A stretch of DNA of 47,830 nucleotides from Gemmatimonadales bacterium (GCA_039794085.1 JBDIWC010000033.1:1-47830), one strand, 5' to 3'; shown: positions 10,299-19,573, counted from the stretch's first letter. Program-made: numbers and translations. The notes: generated from the letters alone by a model not told the origin.

Positions 10299-10361
10299 GC
10301 GATGTCGTAGTGCCTAGCCTGCTCGTGAAGCGAGGGATGCCACGCTGCGCCCGGGATGACC

Positions 10362-10447
10362 CCGTGAGTGGATTCCGGCTTCGCCGGAATGACGATCCTG
10401 CACAATCAGTCCTTGAGGATGCCTCGCCACCGGCGCCGAGCCCGGGG
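10362..10447 (+). repeat. Spacer module P with dRS3-like hairpin (copies 12143-12240, 19379-19447)
   Basis: GGATTCCGGC(n)TTCGCCGGAATGACGATCC.GCACAATC..CCTT.AGG occurs in three places; two copies end in GCCGAGCCCGGGG. Confidence 0.85.
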
Positions 10448-10516
10448 TCATCTTGCGCGGTGGGCGGTTGATCTGCATCATACCTGAAATCGAGAACCAG
10501 CCGGGAATCAGAACCG

Positions 10517-11122
10517 ATGAACGATCGACAACAGATCCTCCACTTCAAGGTTCAACTTCGGGACATCGAGCCGGCGATCTGGCGGGGCATTGAGGTCCCG
10601 GCCAGCTACACGTTCTGGGATCTTCACGTCGCCATTCAGGATGCGATGGGGTGGCTCGATTCCCACCTGCACGTCTTCCGCGTTCAAGACCAGCGCACCC
10701 GTGCCGAAGTCGAGATCGGAATCCCGGACCCCGAGCCGTTCGACGGTATGCCGGAGGTTCTGCCGGGCTGGCGCATTCCCGTGACTCAGTACCTTGCGGA
10801 CGTCGGTCATCGAGCCCGGTACGACTACGACTTCGGCGATGGCTGGGAGCACGATCTCGTGCTTGAGCAGGTAAGTACTCGGCTGCCCAAGACCCGATAC
10901 CCTCGCTGCGTGGCCGGCGCGCGCGCCTGCCCGCCGGAGGACTGTGGCGGGCCGGGCGGGTACGCCGACCTTCTGGAAACCATCGCGGATCCGGACGACC
11001 CGGAGCACGAGAGCATGCTGGAATGGCTTGGTGGGCCGCATGACGCAGAGGCGTTCGACCCCGTCGCCGTCCGATTCGGTAACCCCGAGATGCGATGGCG
11101 GATGGCATTCGGAGATGACTGA
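10517..11122 (+). CDS. Plasmid pRiA4b ORF-3 family protein
   Basis: IEPAIWR.IEVP..TFWDLHVAIQDAMGWLDSHLHVF, YDYDFGDGWEH and ACPPEDCGG. Confidence 0.95.
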   Translation: MNDRQQILHFKVQLRDIEPAIWRGIEVPASYTFWDLHVAIQDAMGWLDSHLHVFRVQDQRTRAEVEIGIPDPEPFDGMPEVLPGWRIPVTQYLADVGHRARYDYDFGDGWEHDLVLEQVSTRLPKTRYPRCVAGARACPPEDCGGPGGYADLLETIADPDDPEHESMLEWLGGPHDAEAFDPVAVRFGNPEMRWRMAFGDD

Positions 11123-11230
11123 GGCCATGGGTGGCCTGGCGCGTGTTGCACGCCAACGGGTGTCCGTGAGTCACACCAGTACCAGTCGCTCGAGATTGGG
11201 AACCCGGGGAACCTCGGGGATCCGAGTGAC

Positions 11231-11446
11231 TGCCTCTTCGGCTCGGTTGCGCGGGGCGAAGCCACGGCCGGCAGCGACGTCGACTTCCTCGTCGAGTTCG
11301 AGAAGGGCAGGACCCTCGTCGACCTCTCCGGGCTTCTCCTGGACCTGTGCGAGATCCTCGGCCGAGACGTCGACGTTGCGACCCGTGGCTCGCTCCCCCC
11401 GAAGCTGCGGGACCAGATCCTGAGGGAACTGGTTCCGGTTCTATGA
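11231..11446 (+). pseudogene. MNT-type minimal nucleotidyltransferase antitoxin lacking an in-frame start
   Basis: LFGSVARGEATAGSDVDFLVEFEKGRTLVDLSGL..VDV (GS..DxD motif). No ATG/GTG/TTG in frame between the stop at 11120-11122 and the GS motif. Confidence 0.8.
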
Positions 11447-11497
11447 ACCGCGGCATCGATATACTCCTCGGCGAGATCATCGAGACCATCGCCCTTC
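11443..11497 (+). pseudogene. HEPN/DUF86-like toxin, 5' stub only
   Basis: MNRGIDILLGEIIETIAL is coupled (ATGA) to the MNT stop, then runs into repeat DNA and leader L; no Rx4-6H motif remains. Confidence 0.55.
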
Positions 11498-11595
11498 CAG
11501 TCCGGGCTCCAACCCGGGGTCATCTTGCGGAGAGGGTGCTTGAAGTGCAGTATACGTGAACCCGAGAAGCTATACCGCAAGGCCGCCCTGACATC

Positions 11596-11770
11596 ATGCC
11601 TGAAATCTCGCGTTTTCTTGGAATCGTGATCGGGATGTTCTACAACGAGCACGGCGTGCCGCACTTCCATGCGGTTTACGGGGAGCACGAGGCAACGATC
11701 GAGATTGCTGGAGAACTGGCGCTGTGCTCGGACCGGGGAACCGCTGAGCCGTGTACCCCCTCTGGAGTAA
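11596..11770 (+). pseudogene. DUF4160 family predicted toxin with internal deletion and frameshift
   Basis: MPEISRFLGIVIGMFYNEHGVPHFHAVYGEHEATIEI, then the C-terminus LLENWRCARTGEPLSRVPPLE* in another frame; the central segment is missing. Confidence 0.85.
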
Positions 11771-11774
11771 GTCC

Positions 11775-12020
11775 ATGGACGATCACGTACTGGAAGCACG
11801 TTATGTGGCGGGTCACACGATCTGGCTCCGTTTCCGCGATGGCACCACCGGTGAAGTGGACCTCGGGTCGTCACTCGAGGGTCCGGTGTTCGCCCCGCTC
11901 AAGGACGTGACCTTCTTTCGGCAATTTCGAATTCATCCGGAGTTTCACACACTGGTATGGCCCAACGGAGCGGATATGGCCCCGGAGTTTCTGCACGGCC
12001 AAGCACAGGTTACGGCCTAG
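11775..12020 (+). CDS. DUF2442 family predicted antitoxin
   Basis: IWLRFRDGTTGEVDL..GPVFAPLKD..F..TLVWPNGADMAPEFL; GGAG RBS; canonical partner of DUF4160. Confidence 0.93.
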   Translation: MDDHVLEARYVAGHTIWLRFRDGTTGEVDLGSSLEGPVFAPLKDVTFFRQFRIHPEFHTLVWPNGADMAPEFLHGQAQVTA

Positions 12021-12554
12021 CCGACTGGCGCCTCCCACATGGGGTGCTGGCGGCACAGTCGAGTATCGGGTCGAACGCTCGCGCTGGGCCGTGTGGCAGG
12101 TGGCCAAGGCCACTCTCGACCGCCTCGGGATGAATCGGAGCAGGGCGAGATCTCCGTGAATGGATTTCAGCTTTCGCCGGAATGACGATCCAGCACAATC
12201 AGTCCTTGAGGACCCGTCGCCACCTGGGCCGAGCCCGGGGCGTGAGCCCCGTGGTTCACAACGCGAGTGGTGCACGAGACCTGGGGATCGATGATGGGGG
12301 AGTTCCCAACGTGCCACGCCCGTTTGAATCCAGACTTCCCGGGGCTCTCGCCCCTTGCTCGGCCGCGTGAGGTGGCTCACGCCACCGGAGGAACCTTGAG
12401 CGGGCCAGCCGACGTCGCCCGAACGGAATTCCAGGGCCCTCCCCCCCCTGTGTGCCAATTGGGTTGAACGATTCATCTCCTCCCCTGCTATCTTCGACCG
12501 GGAGCCCGCTGGACCCCTTCCAGCAACATTCTGCATTCCACAACTGAGGTTGAC

Positions 12555-14081
12555 TTGTCAAGGAATCACCAGAGCCGTGTCGTGCGTCCCGCCCGCACGG
12601 CGGCTTTTGTTCTTGCTGTGATGCTCGTGGGGCAGGGGTGCACGTCGGCGCGCGGCGGAGGTCTCCCGTCCAATTGCCGGGACACACCCCTCTCCCCCGA
12701 ATCAGTGAACGCCGACGCCTTCGCCTCCCGCGTGGCGAGTCGCATCCTTGCCGCCCTGGTCGATGCCAACGGCGTGCCGGGGATGGGCGCCGCCGTGTTG
12801 CGCGAGGAGAGTGTCGTCTGGACCGGCTCCGTCGGCCACCGCGACATCGCGCGCGACCTGCGGGTCGACAGCAATACGATCTTCCGTCTGGCGAGTGTCT
12901 CCAAGCTCTTCGCGGTCACCGCCGCGGCCCGACTCCGGGAGCAGGGGATGCTTGACGTCGATGCGCCGGTCCGATCGATCGTCGGCTATCTCCCCGATCG
13001 CTGGCCCACGATCACGACCGGCGATCTGGCGGCCCACGTTGCCGGCATTCCCCATTACCAGGCGGTGGATGAGGGTCGTGGCGGGCGCCGGTTCGACACG
13101 GTGCGCGAGGCGGTCGGCGTCTTCCAGGACCGCGATCTGCTGTTTCCTCCTCGGACCCGCTACAGCTACTCCTCCTGGGGCTTCACACTCCTGAGTGCGG
13201 TGGTCGAGGAGAGCGCGGGCCGCCCCTATCTCGACTACCTGGCCCACGAGATCGTCCCGGGCCTCACGATCGGTCCCGATCTCACGGATACGGGGGAACC
13301 GAACGCCTCCCAGGCCTACGAGTTTGCGGAGGGCGGGGTCCGGGGGGCGGCGCCGCACGACTACAGCTACGGCTGGGGTGGCGCGGGTCTGGGAGCCACC
13401 GCGTCCGACCTGGCGCGATTCGGAGGGCGCGTGATGGCGGGCAGGATCGTCTCGCGTGAAACCTTCGAGTGGATGCTGGCCCCTGCGCACCTGGCGGACG
13501 GCTCGACGGTCATGGACCGGAGCACTCCTGTCGGTTTCGGGTGGCGTGGCGGCGAGGACGCCGATGGGGAGCGGATTGCCCACCACGCCGGGGTGGCCAA
13601 CGGCGCCCGGAGTGCGCTGGTCCTTTACCCTGATCGCCAGATCGCCGTCAGCCTCCTCTCCAACGCACTCTGGGTGTCGTCCATCGAGCAGACCGCGATG
13701 ATGCTCGCGGCCCCATTCAAGCCCGCGGATGCGCTACCACCGATCGCGTGTCCCCTTCACGCGGTGGCATACGAGGGTGAATATGACAGCAAAGCTCTGG
13801 CAGGAACCGCGCGCGTGACCCTGGAGGACGGCATTTGCACGGCCGAGATCACGGTACAGAATGCTTTCGGGGAATGGCTGAACGGCTTTCCGCAGAAGGA
13901 CGCGGAGACCCTCACCCTCATCGGCCTCGACCCGGCGGGCGGCTTCTCGCGCGCCGCCCTCATCACCCCCATTGGAGTCTACGACCTTCGGGCTCAGGGT
14001 GACGGCGAGCGCTATCTCGCGGCGCTTGGCGCAACGACATCCGTCTCTATCACACTGCGTACACCCCAGTCAAGGCGGTGA
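12555..14081 (+). CDS. Serine hydrolase, beta-lactamase class C-like, probably a lipoprotein
   Basis: FRLASVSK (SxxK), YSYSS and HHAG motifs; signal peptide ending GQGC; GAGG RBS before the TTG. Confidence 0.88.
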   Translation: MSRNHQSRVVRPARTAAFVLAVMLVGQGCTSARGGGLPSNCRDTPLSPESVNADAFASRVASRILAALVDANGVPGMGAAVLREESVVWTGSVGHRDIARDLRVDSNTIFRLASVSKLFAVTAAARLREQGMLDVDAPVRSIVGYLPDRWPTITTGDLAAHVAGIPHYQAVDEGRGGRRFDTVREAVGVFQDRDLLFPPRTRYSYSSWGFTLLSAVVEESAGRPYLDYLAHEIVPGLTIGPDLTDTGEPNASQAYEFAEGGVRGAAPHDYSYGWGGAGLGATASDLARFGGRVMAGRIVSRETFEWMLAPAHLADGSTVMDRSTPVGFGWRGGEDADGERIAHHAGVANGARSALVLYPDRQIAVSLLSNALWVSSIEQTAMMLAAPFKPADALPPIACPLHAVAYEGEYDSKALAGTARVTLEDGICTAEITVQNAFGEWLNGFPQKDAETLTLIGLDPAGGFSRAALITPIGVYDLRAQGDGERYLAALGATTSVSITLRTPQSRR

Positions 14082-14364
14082 CGCCTCCCCGCCACCTTCG
14101 CCCCTTGCTCGGCCGCGTTTATCAATGAACAGTCAACAATCAACGATGAACAAGGCGAGGCCTGGCTCGTTGCTCCGCGTCATCACGAGAAGGCGGCTCC
14201 CCTCTCCCGCCCTGCGGGGCCGATCGCCACGGCGGCTAGGGCCGCCTCGCGACAAGGGGGCCGGGGGTGAGGGCTGTCCTTCCCGTCGCTGCAGGAGCAG
14301 AGCAAGGACTCCAGCGCGGGCCATCTTGCGAAGGGGGCGATGGAGGTGCAGTATCCTTGACGAC

Positions 14365-15156
14365 ATGACGTCAGCCAGATATGCCAGAATCCATGATACT
14401 CCTCGTGAGTCGGACCTGAAGCCCTTCCTTCACGCGGAGTGGCGCGACCTCGTGATGTTGAATCACGAGGTCGATCCCGCTCTTCTTCGTCCGCTCGTGC
14501 CGCGCGGAACTGAACTGGACCTGTGGCAGAAGCAAGCAGTGGTCAGCGTGGTGGGCTTCCGGTTCGTCGCGACGCGCGTGCTCGGCATGCGGATTCCGGG
14601 CCACGAGAACTTCGAGGAAGTCAATCTTCGGTTCTACGTCCGGCGGCGCGTGGGAACCGCGCTCCGGCGAGCCGTTGTGTTCATCCGAGAACTGGTTCCA
14701 CGTCCGATGATCGCCTGGACGGCCAGGCTCCGATACAACGAGCCGTATCGTGCGCTGCCCATGCGACACACGATTCAGACGACGGGGGACGAGCGCCGAC
14801 TGAGCTACGAGTGGCGAGAGCGCGGGGAGTGGATCGGTATTCAGGCGGCCACGGTTGGGTCGGCGTCCGCGCTTGTTGCGGGCTCCGAGGCCGAGTTCAT
14901 CACCGAGCACTATTGGGGTTACACGAGGCAGCGAGACGGCGGTACGGTGGAGTATCAAGTGCAGCACCCCCCGTGGCTCGTCTGGGCGGCGTCGAGCGTG
15001 AGCTGCGTCGGCGATCTCACGGCCACTTATGGCGCACCGTTTGCCCGTGCCTTGGGAGGCACACCGCGGTCAGCGTTCGTCGCCGAGGGTTCGCCGGTAA
15101 CCGTCGGCCGTCCGCGACGCTTGACGGCAGACGAACTCACCGCGAGTGCTGACTAG
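14365..15156 (+). CDS. DUF2071 (YqjF) family protein
   Basis: FLHAEWRDLVMLN..VDP, FEEVNLRFYV, EFITEHYWGY and YQVQHPPW. Start uncertain. Confidence 0.9.
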   Translation: MTSARYARIHDTPRESDLKPFLHAEWRDLVMLNHEVDPALLRPLVPRGTELDLWQKQAVVSVVGFRFVATRVLGMRIPGHENFEEVNLRFYVRRRVGTALRRAVVFIRELVPRPMIAWTARLRYNEPYRALPMRHTIQTTGDERRLSYEWRERGEWIGIQAATVGSASALVAGSEAEFITEHYWGYTRQRDGGTVEYQVQHPPWLVWAASSVSCVGDLTATYGAPFARALGGTPRSAFVAEGSPVTVGRPRRLTADELTASAD

Positions 15157-15693
15157 CTGCTGAGGAACCCGTGGGATCCGTGGAGACCCGAGGGTCGCGG
15201 CGGGAGAGGGGCCGGGGGGGCCCGGGAGTGAGGGCGTTGTCGCCCGGCGGAAACCGGCCCGATCAGGCCTCGGCTTCGACCTCCATGTAGGGCATCGGCG
15301 GCACCTTCCCGCAGAGCCGGGTGTACACCGTCAAGGCGCCGCGGTAGGTGGGCCGTGTGATCGGCGATCGCGCCGAAGATCGCCCGGCCGGATCGCCAGT
15401 CACAATCAGGCGACGTTCCCCGTCCCCAAGATCATTTGTGGACTTCCAACCCGCGTCCTCGGTGTCATCCGCGGTCTTCCTGCCGGGGAGGGCGGTGTGC
15501 TCGGCCGCGGTATGAACCCCATGCCAAAGCCTGAAAGGACCTCGCTGAATCCTGGCGATATCTTGCGGCAACGGTGGTTGTGCGGCAGTTTTGAAACTGA
15601 GGAGCCATGTGGCGGAGAGTCGAGGGGTGGGTGACGCGAGCACCCCATGGGGCAAGGCCGAAACACCGAACCGACTGACCACAAAGGGGGACA

Positions 15694-16119
15694 GTGACCG
15701 CACGACGCCAACTTGGATCTCTCTCCACGGAACTGGCCGGGCTCGAGGTTGCCGAGCTGACCGAAGCAGGGCAGAACTCGATCTCGGTGCGGTTCACCAA
15801 CGGTGCGGTTCTCACGATTGCTCCGGAGGGCGCGGGGCTCAGAGCGATCCTGACCCAGCCGAGAACCGCCCCGGGGGGCGGAGACGCTCACTCGGAGCCG
15901 ACCCGTCGCCAGAGGGAGTACTTGGCCTTCATCACAAAGTACCTGCATCGCTTTGGCGTGGCGCCCGCCGAGTCGGACATCCAGAAGCACTTCCTCGTGT
16001 CGGCGCCGTCGGTCAATCAGATGGTGCGGACGCTGGAACGACGGGGATTCATCGAGCGGGACCACGATTGGTATGGCCAGGCGGTGCCGCGATCGATCCG
16101 TGTGGTCTGGGACGGTTGA
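15694..16119 (+). CDS. Regulator with C-terminal LexA-type winged-helix DNA-binding domain and no S24 peptidase domain
   Basis: PTRRQREYLAFI..GVAPAESDIQKHFLVSAPSVNQMVRTLERRGFIER..PRSIRV; AAGGGG RBS before the GTG. Confidence 0.8.
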   Translation: MTARRQLGSLSTELAGLEVAELTEAGQNSISVRFTNGAVLTIAPEGAGLRAILTQPRTAPGGGDAHSEPTRRQREYLAFITKYLHRFGVAPAESDIQKHFLVSAPSVNQMVRTLERRGFIERDHDWYGQAVPRSIRVVWDG

Positions 16120-16302
16120 CGGGAGTTGCGGACGATGGGGCGGAAATCGCATGAGATCCCGGGCTCCTGTCCCATCTGGCTGACCGCCCTCCGTCGTCTC
16201 CCTCCTCCGGGTGCCGCGCTGGCTCTGGCCCTTCTGGGGGCGGCCGAATCCGCTCCGGAAGGAGGAGCGTAGGGGCGGGTCGCGCAAGGGCAGGCGCTTG
16301 CG

Positions 16303-17022
16303 ATGGAGTCGCAGGTCGTTATACCATTGCGGGGTGCGAGGTGCGCGGACTCCTCGTATCCTTGTCCCTCGCTGATTGTTTCGGAGACTCCGTCACCCGT
16401 GCCACATCACCCCCGACCTTCCTTCGCGGCGCGACCACAGCCCGGCGACGCGATCCTGTGCGATAGTTCTGTCCATCGCCTCGCGTCGGCCTCCCGCCTG
16501 CTCCTCGCTCTCCTCTCCCTTGCCGGATGCGCGGACGCCACGACCTCCGCCTCCGGTGTGCGCCTGGCCGATCCGATCTTCCTCGAAGCGGTGATCGACG
16601 GCTGCCCCTGGGTGGCCGATTCGGGGACCCGCCGGCTGTTGGTGAGCACCCGCACGGGCCGGATCCAGTTTCAGGGAACCCGCAGCGGCGGAGATACGAT
16701 AGAAACCCTCTCCGTCACCGTGGGACGTTTCGCGTTCAACACGCCCATCCCCCTCTCCTTGACAGACAACCGGTCCACAGCGCTTTTCGCCACATTCGCC
16801 CCGCCGGAGCAACGAGCCCTGTTTCTCACCGACTCGAGCGACGCCGGTTCGGTGACGCTGGACGGACTGGACCCGATCAATCGTCTGGCCACCGGACGAT
16901 TCGAGTTTCAGGCGCGCATCCTGATTCCCACCCCCGGGGGAACTCGACTGGGGGACAGCACAATTCGCGTGACGGCGGGGCGATTCCGGCTTCCGTTCAT
17001 TGGAGACGACCCCCTCCCATGA
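16303..17022 (+). CDS. Hypothetical lipoprotein (beta-rich); true start probably downstream (16399 or later)
   Basis: Lipobox LLSLAGC; ATGRFEF and VTAGRF strands; ATGA-coupled to the next gene. Confidence 0.6.
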   Translation: MESQVVIPLRGARCADSSYPCPSLIVSETPSPVPHHPRPSFAARPQPGDAILCDSSVHRLASASRLLLALLSLAGCADATTSASGVRLADPIFLEAVIDGCPWVADSGTRRLLVSTRTGRIQFQGTRSGGDTIETLSVTVGRFAFNTPIPLSLTDNRSTALFATFAPPEQRALFLTDSSDAGSVTLDGLDPINRLATGRFEFQARILIPTPGGTRLGDSTIRVTAGRFRLPFIGDDPLP

Positions 17023-17585
17023 GGGGGTTGCTCCCCGTGTCCGGCTGGCCCGTGGCACTCTGCGTCACCCTCTGTGGCGCGCCGATTGCCGGTGCGGAGG
17101 CGCAGCTCCTGGATATGCGCGTCTCCGCCGGTGCGGCCATTGGGCTCGCGCGCACCGGCGTGTTCTTCCCCAGCGGAGTTCAGGCCCAGGGCGGTGCACG
17201 GGTCAGCCCGGGGCACTTCCCCGTCGCGTTCCAGTTCGACGGGGGCTGGCTCCGCCTGGCCGGCGATTCTGAAACGCTCGGCATCGAGGACGTGCATGCG
17301 ATCCAGTGGAGTGCCGCGCTCTCCGCGGTGTGGAAAGTGCCGGTTTCGCCCCGGGCTTCGGTGCGTCCCTATCTGCTCGCAGGAGGCGGCCTCCACCGCA
17401 GACCCTCGATCGACCCCCTGGGCTTGGCATTCACCTCGGCCGGGTTGCATGGCGGGGGTGGTGCGGATTGGCGGGTGGCGGGATTGCGCGGCTTCGCGGA
17501 GATTCGTTACGTCGACGTCCTGTTGGAGCGGCGTGACGTCGAGTACCTCACCCTGAGCCTCGGAGTGCGCGCTGCGATTCGCTAG
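17019..17585 (+). CDS. Outer-membrane beta-barrel protein (8-stranded type)
   Basis: Signal peptide ending AEA-Q; RPYLLAGGG, GLHGGGGAD, FAEIRY and LSLGVR amphipathic strands. Confidence 0.75.
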   Translation: MRGLLPVSGWPVALCVTLCGAPIAGAEAQLLDMRVSAGAAIGLARTGVFFPSGVQAQGGARVSPGHFPVAFQFDGGWLRLAGDSETLGIEDVHAIQWSAALSAVWKVPVSPRASVRPYLLAGGGLHRRPSIDPLGLAFTSAGLHGGGGADWRVAGLRGFAEIRYVDVLLERRDVEYLTLSLGVRAAIR

Positions 17586-18235
17586 CGGACTCATCCTGCT
17601 CGCGGTATGCCGGTCGGCCTCGGGCGGGGTCACGACAGTCATGGCCCAGGGGGTCGAAGATCCGCCGGGGGTGCCGCGGAGCGAAGGTTCCCGGCTCGGG
17701 ATCCTCCTGGGCGGCGCCTGGGCGAATCCGAGCGTCGTGTCCTCGACCAAGCGCCGACCGATGGGGATGGTATCGTTTCGTGCCAGTCTGGCGCATCGCC
17801 GGTCGCGGTCAGACCGGCCTCGAGTATGTCGTGGCCATCCCCGCCCTGTTTGTCGCCACCAGCCGGGAATTCCTCGACGCGGGTGTTGGAAGAGACGGTC
17901 GACGGACCACCACACCCCTCGCCACCGCGTTCGGCTTCGGGATCGAGCCGGTCGGCATTCGCGGACTGGTCGGGGTGACGTCCGGAGTCCGCCTGACTGG
18001 CGACGTAAGCGGAGGAATCCTGCAGTTCACCTCGCGGGTGCCGGTCGCGTCGGGCCGGACTTTCAATTTCACCTACTCCTTTGGCGCCGGCGGGGAGGTG
18101 GATCTTGGCGGCGACCGGACGCTGAGCCTGGGATACCGCCTGCTGCACTACTCGAACGCCTCCTCCGCTCTCTCCAATCTCGGGGTGGACAATGGCGTGC
18201 TCTACGCGGGGATCATCGTGTCGCGGAAGCACTGA
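17572..18235 (+). pseudogene. Acyloxyacyl hydrolase / PagL-like lipid A 3-O-deacylase, apparent +1 frameshift near 17785
   Basis: C-terminal FNFTYSFGAG..GYRLLHYSNA..NLGVD (HxSNA). The signal-like N-terminal part (LRFASGLILLAVC..MAQ..GILLGGAW) lies in a different frame. Start uncertain. Confidence 0.65.
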
Positions 18236-18291
18236 CGCTTCCCGGCGGTTGCACCTTCGCCAGAGGTGGCTTCTTCCGGAGAGGTGACAGG

Positions 18292-18723
18292 ATGACACCA
18301 GCCAAGAACACGATCTGTCTCTGGTACAATGGCGACGCCGAGGAGGCGGCGCGGTTTTACGCGGCAACGTTTCCTGACTCATCCGTCGGCGCGGTGTACT
18401 GCGCACCGGGAGACTTCCCGTCCTGCCTCGGGCTCAACGGAGGTCCGGCATTCAGGCAGACCGAAGCGTTCTCATTTCAGGTCGCCACGGCGGGCCAGGC
18501 GGAAATGGATCGCTCCTGGAACGCGATCATCGGCAACGGGGGTCAGGAGAGCGCGTGCGGCTGGTGCAAGGACAAATGGGGGGTGTCCTGGCAGATTACT
18601 CCGGTTGCCTTGACGCAGGCCATCACCGATCCCGATCCCGCCGCGGCCCAGCGTGCCTTCAATGCGATGCTGGAGATGACCAAGGTCGATATCGCCGCCA
18701 TCGAGGCGGCGCGCCGGCGGTGA
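18292..18723 (+). CDS. VOC/PhnB (3-demethylubiquinone-9 3-methyltransferase-like) protein with an apparent in-frame internal deletion
   Basis: NTICLWY..AEEAARFY, LNGGP.F..EAFSFQV and CGWCKDKWGVSWQI. The segment usually found between APGDFPS and CLGLNGG is absent. Confidence 0.88.
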   Translation: MTPAKNTICLWYNGDAEEAARFYAATFPDSSVGAVYCAPGDFPSCLGLNGGPAFRQTEAFSFQVATAGQAEMDRSWNAIIGNGGQESACGWCKDKWGVSWQITPVALTQAITDPDPAAAQRAFNAMLEMTKVDIAAIEAARRR

Positions 18724-18798
18724 CCGGGTGCACGAGCGGTCTCTTCGGTTCCTGAGATCTCGAAGCGTGGTGTCCCACAGTTCAGGAGGAGATGGACG

Positions 18799-19362
18799 AT
18801 GCCGGATGACAATCGGGATAACAGCTTGCATGCAGCCAGGATCACAGCCGCTGCCCTCCGCTTTGATATCGAACGGCTCCCCGCCAACTCGATGGCGCTT
18901 CCTCATGATCAACCCGGGCGGCTGGGCGAAGTTGCATTCATCCTCTTCCCGGACGCGACCCTCGTTCCGTCCGAGATGCTCGCGGGTCATCTCGCCGCTC
19001 TGCCCAAGCCGGTCCTCCTCGCGGCCCTGGCACACAAAGGGTTCATTGGGGCCTGGCAGCGGGATGGTCAACCGGAGCGTGCCTTGGCCGCGTGGGACCA
19101 CAACGTGGCGAACGCTCAGGCAGCGATGGATCGCAAATTGAAGACGCTGAACATTGGAGACGGGGACCCGGTGCTTGTGGCAACCCGCCGGGAGCGGTTC
19201 CATGTCTCGGCCCACGCCTTGCGATACTGGGCCGCGAACTACAGAGTGGATGTTCTTTGGTCGGTGACAGCGCTCGAGAACGATCCACACGCACGTGCGC
19301 AGTTGGTTTTCATTCGGGGCGATGGCGTGATCACCCCGCCGCCGACCCCCAAGGATGGATAG
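18799..19362 (+). CDS. Hypothetical protein (187 aa)
   Basis: AGGAGGAG RBS; protein-like composition; followed immediately by module P. No family recognised. Confidence 0.65.
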   Translation: MPDDNRDNSLHAARITAAALRFDIERLPANSMALPHDQPGRLGEVAFILFPDATLVPSEMLAGHLAALPKPVLLAALAHKGFIGAWQRDGQPERALAAWDHNVANAQAAMDRKLKTLNIGDGDPVLVATRRERFHVSAHALRYWAANYRVDVLWSVTALENDPHARAQLVFIRGDGVITPPPTPKDG

Positions 19363-19457
19363 CAGATGACCCGGACAAGGCGAGATCTCCATGAACGGAT
19401 TCCGGCGTTCGCCGGAATGACGATCCTGCACAATCCGACCTTCAGGGGCGCGCCCCG

Positions 19458-19573
19458 CTACCGTCCACCGCCTACCGTCCACCGCCTACCGCTTACCGCC
19501 TGCCGTCCACCGCCTACCGTCCACCGCCTACCGTCCACCACCTACCGCCTACCGCCTACCACCTACCGCCTAC
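19458..19573. repeat. Heptamer tandem repeat (CTACCGC/CTACCGT/CCACCGC)
   Basis: About 16 imperfect 7-mers abutting the stop of the convergent oxidoreductase. Confidence 0.9.

Noticed and set aside
15263..15500. Minus-strand coding-like fragment ending KVPPMPYMEVEAEA*
   Set aside because: May be a gene remnant, but no family or convincing start could be assigned.
17641..18723. 360-aa ORF as a single fusion protein
   Set aside because: It joins the frameshifted PagL-like N-terminus, off-frame sequence and the VOC gene, which has its own GAGGTG RBS and ATG at 18292.
8860..19450. Classical integron cassette array
   Set aside because: No intI, and I could not find convincing RYYYAAC...GTTRRRY attC pairs by eye; a covariance search is needed to exclude it fully.
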